In this document: one piece after another, positions 22,763-33,108 of the stretch
How positions within the stretch are numbered: position 1 is the stretch's first letter
Layout: each line of letters opens with the position of its first letter
NCBI GenBank assembly: GCA_000004985.1
Contig: GG738894.1
Direction: 5' to 3' (one strand)
Source of the DNA: Naegleria gruberi
Taxonomy: Eukaryota
Length of the DNA stretch: 64,000 nt
Program-made: the position numbers and the translations under genes
The notes under the pieces: model-generated
What the model saw: the letters and a program-made list of their open reading frames with translations, nothing else
Database searches by the model: none
Told to the model about the DNA's origin: nothing

Positions 22763-24784
22763 ATGTCGCTATTCCTCACGCACTGTTTCCCTCATGCTAG
22801 CTCATGCACCGATCACTATGAATCCGATTCGGAATATGAATGTCGTGACGATCTATTCGATTTAAACAGATTCACACAACCAATTCACGTCGGATTGGAT
22901 TTAACAATCGAAGGTTCAAGAAAATTAGGACACTACCTATTGATCATCATGTGGAGGTTAATATTAAAAAGTCCCATGTTATTCCGAGTGAGAGATGAAG
23001 CGAAAGAACAAGTCAAATTGTTGGAGAAATTTTGTTGCCAGAGACACGAAGAGTTTGCTAGGGAGGTTTGTTGTTCGAATCATCATTTGTTTGAAGATTC
23101 GAGTGTGGAAGTGTTTGATGATATGCAGGTGTGGGCTTCCATGAGAGAAAGTGAAGAAAATGAGACACGGGAATACGAAGGAGAAAAGAGAATTAAATTA
23201 GATGCTGAATCCCTGTCAAAAGTTTATACACTTTCGAATTATTTTGCTACTATTGTTAAAAAATACATATTTGGAGAGTTGGCGAAACATGGCACTGCAG
23301 AGATTTACAAATTTATCACAAAGCAAAATAAGATTGCACTTACATTTAAAATTGAGGAGCTCAGAGATATGGTATTGAAATATTTCGAATATACTCCTTC
23401 AATGCTTCCATTGGAAGATCAGGATGTTAAATTATATTTTATTGGAATGACAGCCTTACTGGAATATTTGGCAGCTGAAATGATTGAATTGGGTGGAAAT
23501 GCCGCTAGAGATGCCCGTCAGGAATATATTACACCTTCTTGTTTTGAAATAGCCACTTCAGGAGATGCAGAATTGGAAAGGACGGTACTATTTCACATGA
23601 ACCATTTGCCTCTCGTTGATTTCAATTATTTTTATGGAGCCAATCAAACAGTATTACCTCCTATTGATGTGAATGAGAAAGCCAATAGTGGAGAGGAATT
23701 TAATTTTACTCAACTACCAACTGAATTACATAACACCATACTCAAAAATGTTTCTTCGTTGGAAGAACTTTTGGAAATGAGATTGGTTTGCAAACAATGG
23801 AACTATTTCATCATGAATGATAATGATATTTGGAAGAGTTTAATTTGTAACAATACGATTTCAGAAGATTTATTCAGGTTCTGTGATTCAACTTTTACTG
23901 TTGGTGAGTTGGAAACTATTTTGAGTAGAGGAAAAGATCTAAAACCTCTCCATTTTGGCCAACAAGTAATTAATCATTTCTATGAGAAGAATGATTGGAA
24001 GTCCCTATACTTTATTCTCGTACGAAGACATTTGACATTTATACGTGATTTGGATTTGATGAAATCAAGAGAATTTTTCGATGAATATTTCAATTACGAT
24101 TCTTCTGTAGAATCATATGACAACTCGAAAAAGAAACTGCAAATTGGAATTACAAAGGGTGTATTTGCGAATTTCAACTTTACAAAACACCTATCATCAC
24201 GTGTTTCGTCTAAGGTTTACATTCCTAAAGATGCTCTTTCAGAATTTTTGAAATTTGGAAATAATTATTCACTAGTTGGTGTGATTGACTTTTCAAAATT
24301 CTCCTCCTTCATTTCATGTCGTTTGTTCCCAAAAAATGGATTATTATATTGCTTTTATCACAAAATCAATCAAGCAGATTTTCTATTCTTTGAGAATTAT
24401 TCTCTTGAATCTGAACAATTAATTGAATTTGAAATCAAAGACAAAAGCTTTGAATTTCCTCAACCAATTAATCCATACCAAGTCTACCATGAACAAATTA
24501 TTGTCAATCAACCTTCATGTTGTCCACTCTTTTACTTGCAGCAAGCACAAGGTCATCGTTCAGGTTGCAATCTAGCCCCAAGCGTTCTATTTAACAATAA
24601 TGAAGACAAACCTGAAACAATGATTCAATCCTACCTCAGAGAGGATGACGAGGATAATATAGTACTGCTATCAGACACCTTGGAGGAATCAGAAGATACT
24701 TTTTCTATTTACATTTCAAGAGAGGATTTAATCTTAAGAAAGTTTGAGAATGCAAAAATTGAATATGTGAAACCAAACTACTAG
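22763..24784 (+). CDS. Histone H2A-like histone-fold domain plus F-box protein
   Basis: Residues ~215-265 (MTALLEYLAAEMIELGGNAARDARQEYITPSCFEIATSGDAELERTV) align with the H2A alpha2-L2-alpha3 and docking region ([40 protein letters not shown]). An F-box lies downstream (LPTELHNTILKNVSSLEELLEMRLVCKQWNYFIMNDNDIWKSL). Confidence 0.65.
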   Translation: MSLFLTHCFPHASSCTDHYESDSEYECRDDLFDLNRFTQPIHVGLDLTIEGSRKLGHYLLIIMWRLILKSPMLFRVRDEAKEQVKLLEKFCCQRHEEFAREVCCSNHHLFEDSSVEVFDDMQVWASMRESEENETREYEGEKRIKLDAESLSKVYTLSNYFATIVKKYIFGELAKHGTAEIYKFITKQNKIALTFKIEELRDMVLKYFEYTPSMLPLEDQDVKLYFIGMTALLEYLAAEMIELGGNAARDARQEYITPSCFEIATSGDAELERTVLFHMNHLPLVDFNYFYGANQTVLPPIDVNEKANSGEEFNFTQLPTELHNTILKNVSSLEELLEMRLVCKQWNYFIMNDNDIWKSLICNNTISEDLFRFCDSTFTVGELETILSRGKDLKPLHFGQQVINHFYEKNDWKSLYFILVRRHLTFIRDLDLMKSREFFDEYFNYDSSVESYDNSKKKLQIGITKGVFANFNFTKHLSSRVSSKVYIPKDALSEFLKFGNNYSLVGVIDFSKFSSFISCRLFPKNGLLYCFYHKINQADFLFFENYSLESEQLIEFEIKDKSFEFPQPINPYQVYHEQIIVNQPSCCPLFYLQQAQGHRSGCNLAPSVLFNNNEDKPETMIQSYLREDDEDNIVLLSDTLEESEDTFSIYISREDLILRKFENAKIEYVKPNY

Positions 24785-25061
24785 CACGAGCCATCAGCCA
24801 AAATTGTTTAATAAATTAAAAAGACTACAGCACCACAGGTTTCCAAGTTGTCTCCAACCTCAGTACTGATGTGGCTCGACGATGCTTAACTTCTCAAATC
24901 GGACAGGATGAGGTGCATTCATCGTGATATGGCCGTAGCCATTCATTTCCTTAATACAATGAATATAAAGAATATTTAACTAATTGGATCAGAAATTTAT
25001 TCATTTTACATATTAACTCGGGCTATATTGTTGAATCTCTTGTTTCACTCTTTAGAAATAA

Positions 25062-25457
25062 CTACAAATCTTCGTCTTCAAATTGTGGAGGTTTGTGATG
25101 ATCTGGATTAACATTTCCAAACGAAGATGAAGAACTACCTCCTCTATTTCCACTTCCATAACCTCCAAATGGTCCAATGGTAGGATAAACTGGATCAAAT
25201 CGAGAACCTGGTAACATCTGAGGAGGTTTCATATCTCCTCCTCCCATTGAAGAAGCAGAAGGAAAATTCGAACGATCATTGAAAATTGGATTATTTGGTC
25301 CAACTTGATTGCCACCAAATCCACCACTCATTGAGGAAGGAGCATTTCCATGTAAAGGTTGAAAACAAGGCAATGGATTTAAATCTTGATCTCCTACTCT
25401 TCTATTATTATTCATCATCATGTTGTTACTATTATTGTTAAAATTATTGTTATTCAT
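25062..25457 (-). CDS. Small N/G/P-rich low-complexity protein
   Basis: 131 aa with a poly-N N-terminus and a Gly/Pro-rich body (…RFDPVYPTIGPFGGYGSG…NPDHHKPPQFEDEDL). It loosely resembles a PI31-type Pro/Gly tail but lacks an HbYX end. Confidence 0.4.
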   Translation of the reverse strand: MNNNNFNNNSNNMMMNNNRRVGDQDLNPLPCFQPLHGNAPSSMSGGFGGNQVGPNNPIFNDRSNFPSASSMGGGDMKPPQMLPGSRFDPVYPTIGPFGGYGSGNRGGSSSSSFGNVNPDHHKPPQFEDEDL

Positions 25458-25501
25458 GTTGTGTTATTCTTTTTGTGTTGAATTCATTGATTGGCATGAG
25501 A

Positions 25502-25582
25502 TTTTTGTGCTATTTAAAGAATTTTGAAAAAGGAATTAAAGTTATTTGTGTTACATATTACAAAAATAACTTTTTGAACAAC
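25502..25582. promoter_or_regulatory. Copy A of an ~80-bp conserved upstream element, 5' of minus-strand gene 25062..25457
   Basis: tttttgtgctatttaaagaattttgaaaaaggaattaaagtt is identical over 42 nt to 26885-26926. The following ~40 nt (…caaaaataactttttgaa) are about 85% similar. It lies 45-125 bp upstream of the ATG at 25457. Confidence 0.45.
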
Positions 25583-25660
25583 ATTTCTACCCAAGAAACA
25601 GATGATACATATAGTCAAAACATTGAAAGTTGCGTTCAAAATGTTCTTGATAAATAGAAT

Positions 25661-26770
25661 TTATTCAAAATCTATTGAGATATCAGAGAGTTGATTGTTA
25701 ATTATTTTGATCAATAAATTAGATTTGAAACTATTGATATTGTGGAAGCGCTTCATATGTTCATACAAAAGATATCTCAATGCATACAAGGTCAGTAGGC
25801 ATTGGTTTTCATTTCCGTGACTATATCCATACCATGGAGTGAACATTACCTTCTTAGTTTTGTGAATAACCCATGGATATTTCTGCCTTTCACTTACACT
25901 CCTAGCAAGTAAATGCCAATCATTTACATTACTCAAGGTGGTGTCACAAACTCCACAAATGTATAAATCATCCAATTTCAAACAATCCTCAATAGTCTCT
26001 TCCACTTCACCAATTGTTTGAACTCTATTTTCTAATTTGTTCATACACTTATTCACAAATATAGTCAAGCTCTGATTATCCAATTGATTAATATTTTGTA
26101 GCAAGAGTTGTACATAAGTTCCATCTGTATACTCCACATAACCATCATTTGTGTCCTTTCTTCTCACAAAACCAAGTCTCATTGGAACTGATCGTCCTGC
26201 TCCTCTCAAAAACACTACAGACAACTCTCCACTGTTGATTAAATCATTAATCACACCTACAACAACTGAATCAAATCCCGTATAAGTTCCAGAATATAAC
26301 GTGAAGAAAACAATATTATATCCTCTCAGAAAGCTCCTCATCACTTGAGGTTGCAAGCTACAAAAACTGGATTCATTAATCCGATCCACCTTCTTGAATA
26401 TACATTTCTGATCGAGCATGAATCTCGTCCAATGTGATTCAGTGGACTCCTCCGAAGTCTTGAATAATTTTGGATTTTTAACATAATAACACAATCTCTC
26501 TTCAATACATTGCATAAAGTGGGCAGGTTCTGATGTATCTGCTTGAATAATCAAGGCTGATTGTAATTCATCAAATTCCTTTATAGTCAATTCATCCAAA
26601 TTGTCAGTGATTGCAAGTGGAACCAGATCAATGTCCTTCCTATCATGAGGTGTCCCTGCATCTAGATTATTATCAATTGTATCGTAATCATCCATTTTTT
26701 TTGTTGTAATATTTATTCTAAAAATAATTTGGCTCCATGGTAACAATTTGAAAGCAGTTACACGCAACAT
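25661..26770 (-). CDS. Hypothetical protein (369 aa)
   Basis: A long intron-free ORF with good codon periodicity. No family recognised by eye (…GYNIVFFTLYSGTYTGFDSVVVGVINDLINSGELSVVFLRGAGRSVPMRLGF…). Confidence 0.5.
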   Translation of the reverse strand: MLRVTAFKLLPWSQIIFRINITTKKMDDYDTIDNNLDAGTPHDRKDIDLVPLAITDNLDELTIKEFDELQSALIIQADTSEPAHFMQCIEERLCYYVKNPKLFKTSEESTESHWTRFMLDQKCIFKKVDRINESSFCSLQPQVMRSFLRGYNIVFFTLYSGTYTGFDSVVVGVINDLINSGELSVVFLRGAGRSVPMRLGFVRRKDTNDGYVEYTDGTYVQLLLQNINQLDNQSLTIFVNKCMNKLENRVQTIGEVEETIEDCLKLDDLYICGVCDTTLSNVNDWHLLARSVSERQKYPWVIHKTKKVMFTPWYGYSHGNENQCLLTLYALRYLLYEHMKRFHNINSFKSNLLIKIINNQLSDISIDFE

Positions 26771-26884
26771 TTCTTTTCATTTGACAAAGACCAACTGAGA
26801 TGACCTTGAGTAAGGAGTTATTAGAATCCAATGAGGATTAAAGAACTACTAAATTCCTTAGTTGTTTCTCCAATTGGATCTTGG

Positions 26885-26966
26885 TTTTTGTGCTATTTAA
26901 AGAATTTTGAAAAAGGAATTAAAGTTCTTTAGTGTGTGCAAATATTTCAAAAATAACTTTTTAAAG
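26885..26966. promoter_or_regulatory. Copy B of the ~80-bp conserved upstream element, 5' of minus-strand gene 25661..26770
   Basis: Same element as 25502-25582. It lies ~115-195 bp upstream of the ATG at 26770. Confidence 0.45.
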
Positions 26967-27306
26967 AGTGTTGGAAATGCAAAGGAGCAAAATATTAGAA
27001 TCGACAACTGACTAGACAATTTCACGTTGAAATTCAATGAGGTCTGTAAATTATTAATTTTTGAATTAGTACCCCAGTAATATTAATAATAATAATACAA
27101 CATTGTAAAGACAATATCTTAATGAGAGTGTCAAAGGAGAATTTATCCAATCATTTTTCCCTGACACACCAAATAAAACTTATCAGTCAGTAGTCAATTG
27201 TGAGACAAATCTCAGACAACCAAATTGAGAAGAATCGACACTCCCCATGGAACACAACTCTCATACTTACCCCTCACCATTTCGTTTGACATCCATCTGT
27301 AAAAAA

Positions 27307-28454
27307 ATGTTAGGCAGTAAGATTTGTCTATTGTTGCTTGCATGTTGTGTTGTTTCCCTACTTTTGGTCAACTTCCAAACAGTTAATAGTTCAAGACCCA
27401 ATTGTTCTGATCCATTACCTAAAGATTCCAGTCAATTTAGAAGAAATACCTTGCAACATGCTCTTGAGGAAGAATCTCTTCTTCAAGAAGATGACATGGA
27501 CCACTTGAACACCTTGAGTGCTGTCACTTTGAAAGGTGGCAGAGGTGGTGGAAGAGGTGGACGTGGTCGTGGTGGTGGTAGAGGTGGTAGAGGAGAGGAG
27601 GTAGAGGTAGAGGAGGACGTGGTTCAAGAGGAAGTAGAGGATCCAGAGGTGGTAAAGGAAGTAGAGGAAGCAAAGGTGGTTCAAGATCATCTTCTGGAAG
27701 AGGAAGTAGAGGAAGTAGAGGAGGTGGAAGAGGTAGAGGAAGCAGAGGAAGTAGAAGTGGATCAAGATCATCCTCAAGATCTGGAAGAAACAGTGGAAAG
27801 AGTAGAGGTGGAAAAGCTTCTTCGTCATCATCATCTGCTTCTTCTAAGGGAGCAAGAAGATCTGCAGCATCCAAAGCTAAAGCTACCAACAAATCACCAA
27901 CCGATTTGGGAAGAGTTTCGGTTACTGCCAGACGAACCTCCAAAACTAAAACAACTCAACAACAACAACAACAAGAATCCAAGGAAACTAAAAACAATAG
28001 AACCAAATCAGGAGGAGAAGGTTTACATATTCCATTTACAATGGAAGCTCTCAATATCATGTTCAAGGCCAAGAAGAAATTTGACGGATTTTTGGGACCT
28101 CACACTCAAAGACTTCCTCCAATTCCATTCGTTTCTGATAAACAAACATCTTGTGTGGCATGTAGAGTTGATTGCCTTAAAAGATGGAATGGTTTGGATA
28201 GACGTTCCATTTTTAGTAAGTGTAAGAAACAATTTTACTATTATGGATGTGAAAAAATTGCTCCATGTTTGAGAACGAGAGGAAATGGAGCAAATTTAGA
28301 GGAAGTTGAAGGTATGTTAGGTATTTGTTATGATAGAAATGGTTGTGAATTGGACAGACTTGTCGCCACTCAATATGTCAAACTTTATGGAATTGAAAAT
28401 GCGTCGAGAAGAATTGCAGCTGATATCATGTCTGAAAATCAAGATACTCAATAA
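27307..28454 (+). CDS. Secreted RGG/SR-rich protein with a C-terminal Cys-rich domain. A +1 frameshift sits near 27586-27600.
   Basis: Signal peptide MLGSKICLLLLACCVVSLLLVNFQTVNS. Frame 1 runs to …GGRGGGRGGRGRGGGRGGRG and then decays into EEVEVEE… The coherent continuation (…GGRGSRGSRGSRGGKGS…SKGARRSAASKA…CVACRVDCLKRWNG…CEKIAPCL…GICYDRNGCELD…) is in frame 3. That frame is open from ~27586 to the stop at 28454. Confidence 0.5.
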
Positions 28455-28655
28455 ATTAGTTTGAATTGTAGTGAAATAATTGCCAAATATTCAAGATTTA
28501 GCTTATTAGAAACTTTATTCTAAAACGCACTAAACTAAAAGGAATTGCATATTAAATCGCTCAATACGCTCGTCGTTCTACCGTTGGCCCCGTTGTTAAC
28601 TTGGGAAGTAAAGGTCTATTTCCACTCTCGTCAATTTAACATTCTTACAAAAAAA

Positions 28656-29720
28656 ATGCTGAAATATTTAGCTGTCATTTGTCTTGTATTTTTTAGTTGT
28701 CATCTTGTGGCTGCAAAATTGCAAGTTACACCAAATAATGAACGTGGCATCAAGGTAGCAAATGGTCAAACTGCTGGTGAACACGAATTTCCTTTCATTG
28801 TTTCCATTCAAAAACAACTTTCGTCCGGAGCTTTCGAACATCTCTGTACAGGAAGTATCCTATCGAGTACATTTGTATTGACAGCTGCTCACTGTTTAGA
28901 CTCATCTACAACACTTGTTGTTGTTTACGGAACTTATGACAATACATGTTCAGATAATTGTAAATACATCAAAGTCAAAAATCAAATTGCTCATCCTTCC
29001 TATCAGAAAGGAACAGAAAGAAATGACATTGCTGTATTTGAACTTGAAAGTGCATTGCCAATTGATGATTCAACTGTTAGTACAGTTTCTATTGATGCAA
29101 ATTCAATTGCAATTCATGATGAGGAAAGTGATTCTTCTAGATTAGTTTTAATTTCTGGTTGGGGAGCTTTGAATTCTAACTTGGATTATCCTAAAAAGTT
29201 ACAAAAGGCATCTGTTCCAATTGTTAAAATGTCATATTGTAATAATTTGAATTTGGGTGGAGTTGATATTGAACAAATTTGTGCAGGAGCTGGAAATGGT
29301 AAGTTTTTACAATTTTAGAAAGTGAATTTCAATAATTTTCATAGGAAGGGATGCTTGCAGTGGAGACAGTGGTGGTCCTTTATTTAGAAAAATATCTTCC
29401 TCTTCAAAATATACTCAATTTGGTGTTGTAAGTATTGAAATACTTTACAAAAAATTATTGAAATATTGTAAAATATTGTAAAATAGGTTTCGACTGGTTA
29501 TGAAACTTGTGGAGCAACTGTTAGTAGAGGACTCTATTCGAATACCACTTTCTATCTATCATTCATTCAAACATACGTCCCAGGAGTTTCTGTTAATCAA
29601 GATTCGGATACTGTCAATCCAGGAGATATTGGAACTGGTAATACTGGAACAGGTTCTCAAATTGTATATACCTCACTATCATTTATTGTACTTTTATTCA
29701 TAATTTCACTAATTTTCTAA
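28656..29720 (+). CDS. Trypsin-like (S1) serine protease. Three exons (~28656..29298, 29345..29427, 29487..29720).
   Basis: Signal peptide MLKYLAVICLVFFSCHLVAA. TAAHC (His), NDIAVF (Asp). Exon 2 encodes [14 protein letters not shown] (Ser) after GTAAGT…ATAG. Exon 3 encodes STGYETCGATVSRGLYSNTTFYLSFIQTYV after a second GTAAGT…AATAG intron. C-terminal hydrophobic tail (SLSFIVLLFIISLIF). Confidence 0.8.
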
Positions 29721-29753
29721 GTTATTTGAAAAACAAAACACTTTACAAAAAAA

Positions 29754-30916
29754 TTAAAGAGAATTCAAAATTTCTTCAGCAGTTTTTTCCACCTCTTGTC
29801 TATTCAAAGTATTAACAATGTAAACTCCCTTCACTTGTTTATGTGAATCGGCTTTAATAAATCTACTCATGAGAAAATCCTTCACTTGATTGACTTGTTC
29901 TGAGCTTTTCACAAATTCTGGAAAGAGAGAGGAAAAGACAACTTTTTGTCTGTGAATGATTTCTTCCAAAATGTCAAGTTTTGTAAAGATTAGAAAGATT
30001 GGAACAGTGGTTGATGAGATAACGTCCTTGAAACATTTCAAACTCTCATTAGCTCTGTTGAAATTCATTTTCCGATATACATATTCGAATAGAGGTAATA
30101 AACTTACCTATTTTCATTCTGATCTTCATAACAATATTGAAAGCATTCACTTAATGAAACCATGAAAAAGATAGCATCTGGAAGAGGATTTGCACTAATT
30201 ACATGTTTCCATTTCTTTCTCTCATTTCTTTGTCCTCCTGTATCTGTTCTAAATTCGTAAAATATTGAATTACCCAATTAGTTAATAACATACATGGTCA
30301 ATTTGAAATTTTTAAATTCAGTTGATCCACAATTTACAATTCCGACTGTCTTTTTCTGTAATCTTGCCAGATCCTCAATTGTTGGCTCATAATTATTCGA
30401 AAGTAGAATTCTCTCACTATTCTTAAAGAAATATTGATGATTTCCTGCGAGATGAAGGAGAGGATACAGTTCTGGATTGTCAATCACATCACAAACTGCT
30501 GGATTTTTCAATAATTTGATAAAATTCTTGCAATTCTTCAACAACACCTCCAAATGTCTCCTTTCAAAATGACTGTCAACATAATTTTCCACTAGGTGAG
30601 CTAATTGCTTGACAATATTTTCATCATCACCTGTAATATTCCTTCTAACCTGCGCATTTGTTGTAATATTCACCAAATTTTGAAGAACACTATATTGAAT
30701 ATGTTCGGAATGAATTTTCAAATTCTTATCAACAACAACTTGATTGGAAATTAATTGTCGTGCAAATGATGATTTGCCACATTCACCAGTTCCCAGAAAT
30801 ACAAACGACTTGTTGATGAATGAGCACGATGGAACAATTCCAGTAAAGAAGGTGAAGGGAGGAGAGGGCTTGTTCTTCATTTTGTTTTTTTTTGTATAAT
30901 TGTAAGTGGGCGGCAA
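29754..30916 (-). CDS. Divergent heterotrimeric G-protein alpha-subunit-like protein. Three exons (30294..30916, 30108..30248, 29754..30054).
   Basis: P-loop FLGTGECGKSS (compare GAGESGKST). Switch II/G3 TDTGGQRNERKKW after a GTATGT…TTTAG intron. G4 FTKLD and C-terminal NRANESLKCFKDVISSTTVPIFLIFTKLDILEEII (compare NRMHESLKLF…ILFLNKKDLFEEKI) after a GTAAGT…AACAG intron. No N-terminal MGC. Confidence 0.7.
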
Positions 30917-30969
30917 TCCTTAGAGCTACTTATTCGATTCTTTATTTATGGAAATGAAGAGTGGTGAAG

Positions 30970-32818
30970 TTATTCCTTCCTGCACAACATAAAGATGTGC
31001 TCTGGATTCCTAGAGAACATTTTTTCAATTCTGTACTGTCTTTGACTAATGCTGGTAATTTCTACAAATTTTGTACAATCTTCATTATTTCCAGGGAATC
31101 TACCAGTCGCAAATGTTGTTCCCATACCATTAACAATTATTGTATAGTTTGTTCCACATATTATTTGTTTGATACCTTCTGATACGAGTGCATGAGGCAA
31201 TAGATTTGTAACTTCGAATAGACGGCACTGAGAAGTCTTATTTCCAATACCCAATTGACCATTAAAATTCAATCCAGCTGCAAACACTCTTTGGTCAACT
31301 GTCATGCAAAATAAATGACTTGATCCACAAGAAACATCTACTAACTTGATATTTTGGCCATCTACATTGAATTGATTAGGGTGAACATATTTCAACCAGT
31401 GGATAGAGGAAGAAGCTCTACTAGCTGAGGATTTAGAGGAAGCTGCTGAGGAAGGTTTTTCATGATTATAAGGAAGGAATTTAGGTATTAATGGCTGCAC
31501 CAACTTTCCTTGAAATGAGAAATCAACTTTTACATCCAATTCTTCTCCATTCTTCCCAGGTTCCAAATTAATATCCACTTTAACAAACTTTTCCACCACT
31601 TTTTCAGATACAGAAAATTGAGCCTCTGTTGGACGATAATTGTTCGCGACGAATGTACCATTAGCAATTACACCAGTCATTCCACAACCACATAGCCATA
31701 ATTGACCATGCTTTGCCAGGAATGCAGAATAATCACTTCCACACATTATTCCATCAATCTCAACAAATGTTTTCTTTGTTCTCAATCTTCTGTATTCCTC
31801 GGTTTCTTGTTGTGTTTCTCTCATAATTTCTACCAATCTTGGTCTGGGAACATACTTAAGTTGAGCCTTTTCTGTTTGTGATAAATCCCCTTTGATATCC
31901 AAAAATCCAAGAACTCCTAGTTGACCTTGAGAACCATTTCCGAATCCATACACTAATCCAGTATCCGTAAGGCAAATAGTATGATGATCACCACAAGCAA
32001 CCTTAGTAATTCTAATATCTCTATTAATGAAATCCTCAACAACTCGTGGCACATTTTCATTTTCGAAATTTGAATGACCAAGTTGCCCATATTTTCCATA
32101 TCCAAAAGTATGTACATTTCCCTCGTCTGTAACTATAGCAGAGTGATGTTTGCCAACAGCAATATCAATTGCTCTATCCATGATTAGAACTGGTTTCCTC
32201 ACAAATGGTGCCTTTGTTCCTGTTGAATCTTCATATCCATCACCAAGTTTTCCGAACTCTGCATCTCCAATACTATATACAAATCCATCCCCTGTTGTTA
32301 TTTCATTCAATACAAACAAAATACATAGTATAATTATTAAATAAATATTTGGAGAGATACTTACTTGTTAGGATTAAGCAATGTTTAAATCTTGTCTCAA
32401 TTTTAGTAATTTTATAAGGAGGAATCACAGTGTCTTCCACTTTCAATGAATATCCAAATGGACGAAGTGGAAAATACACTTTATAATCGGGATCATACAA
32501 CCTTCTCTCCTGAATTCTTTTCTCTGTCCACGGTAATGGATAGGTCTCTTCCTGCCATTTTCCTCTTGATTTTGGTGGTTTTGCATTAGGATCAATCATA
32601 ACCATCTTTCTCGAAAATTCAGCTCTAAAATCACTAGACTCCGAAAATGAACAACCCAACTCTCTTTGTTTTGGATTTTCCAATAAGGTTAAAAGTAAAC
32701 TCAAATCCTCCTCCCTTATAGATGATGCTGTCGATGTCTCACTGACATAGGAACGAACTGAATGAGCAGAGTGAGAAGACGACGATCGATTTGAACGAGC
32801 AGATCCAATTGAACTCAT
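30970..32818 (-). CDS. RCC1-repeat (regulator of chromosome condensation-like) protein. Two exons with an intron at ~32292..32364.
   Basis: Repeated FGxGxxGQLG blades (FGYGKYGQLGH, FGNGSQGQLGV, AAGLNFNGQLGIG). The Ser-rich N-terminal exon (32365..32818) joins through GTAAGT…AACAG (…LILT-R-DGFVYSIGDAEFGKLGDG). Confidence 0.75.
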
Positions 32819-33108
32819 TTTTTTGTAGTTTTTGGCGGGAAATTTTCAAACCAACAACAAACCACAACATCATTAAACAAACAAGCACAAGCATTATAAA
32901 TGTTTGAAAAAAACAAATCCAATAACTAAGGTCTGCTCAATAAATTGTTTTGTATTCAACACACATTTTATTTACCCTTTGATGCACAGAAGTGAATCAT
33001 GTCATCCTGTCATTTCAAGACCCGAGTCACTCCATAAAAATATTAAAAGGTAATCCATGACATTTCACTATCAAATTTCTCATCACAATAAAAAATATTA
33101 ACAACACA

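Noticed and set aside
25062-25457. Possible PI31 (proteasome inhibitor) C-terminal homology
   Set aside because: Only the Gly/Pro-rich RFDP…NPDH motif resembles PI31. There is no FP domain and no HbYX end, and the protein is too short. It is left as a low-complexity hypothetical.
27415-27943. Minus-strand ORFs encoding poly-L/P/T low complexity opposite the RGG gene
   Set aside because: They are antisense reading of GGT/AGA repeats with no start context. The sense strand carries a signal peptide and a Cys-rich domain.
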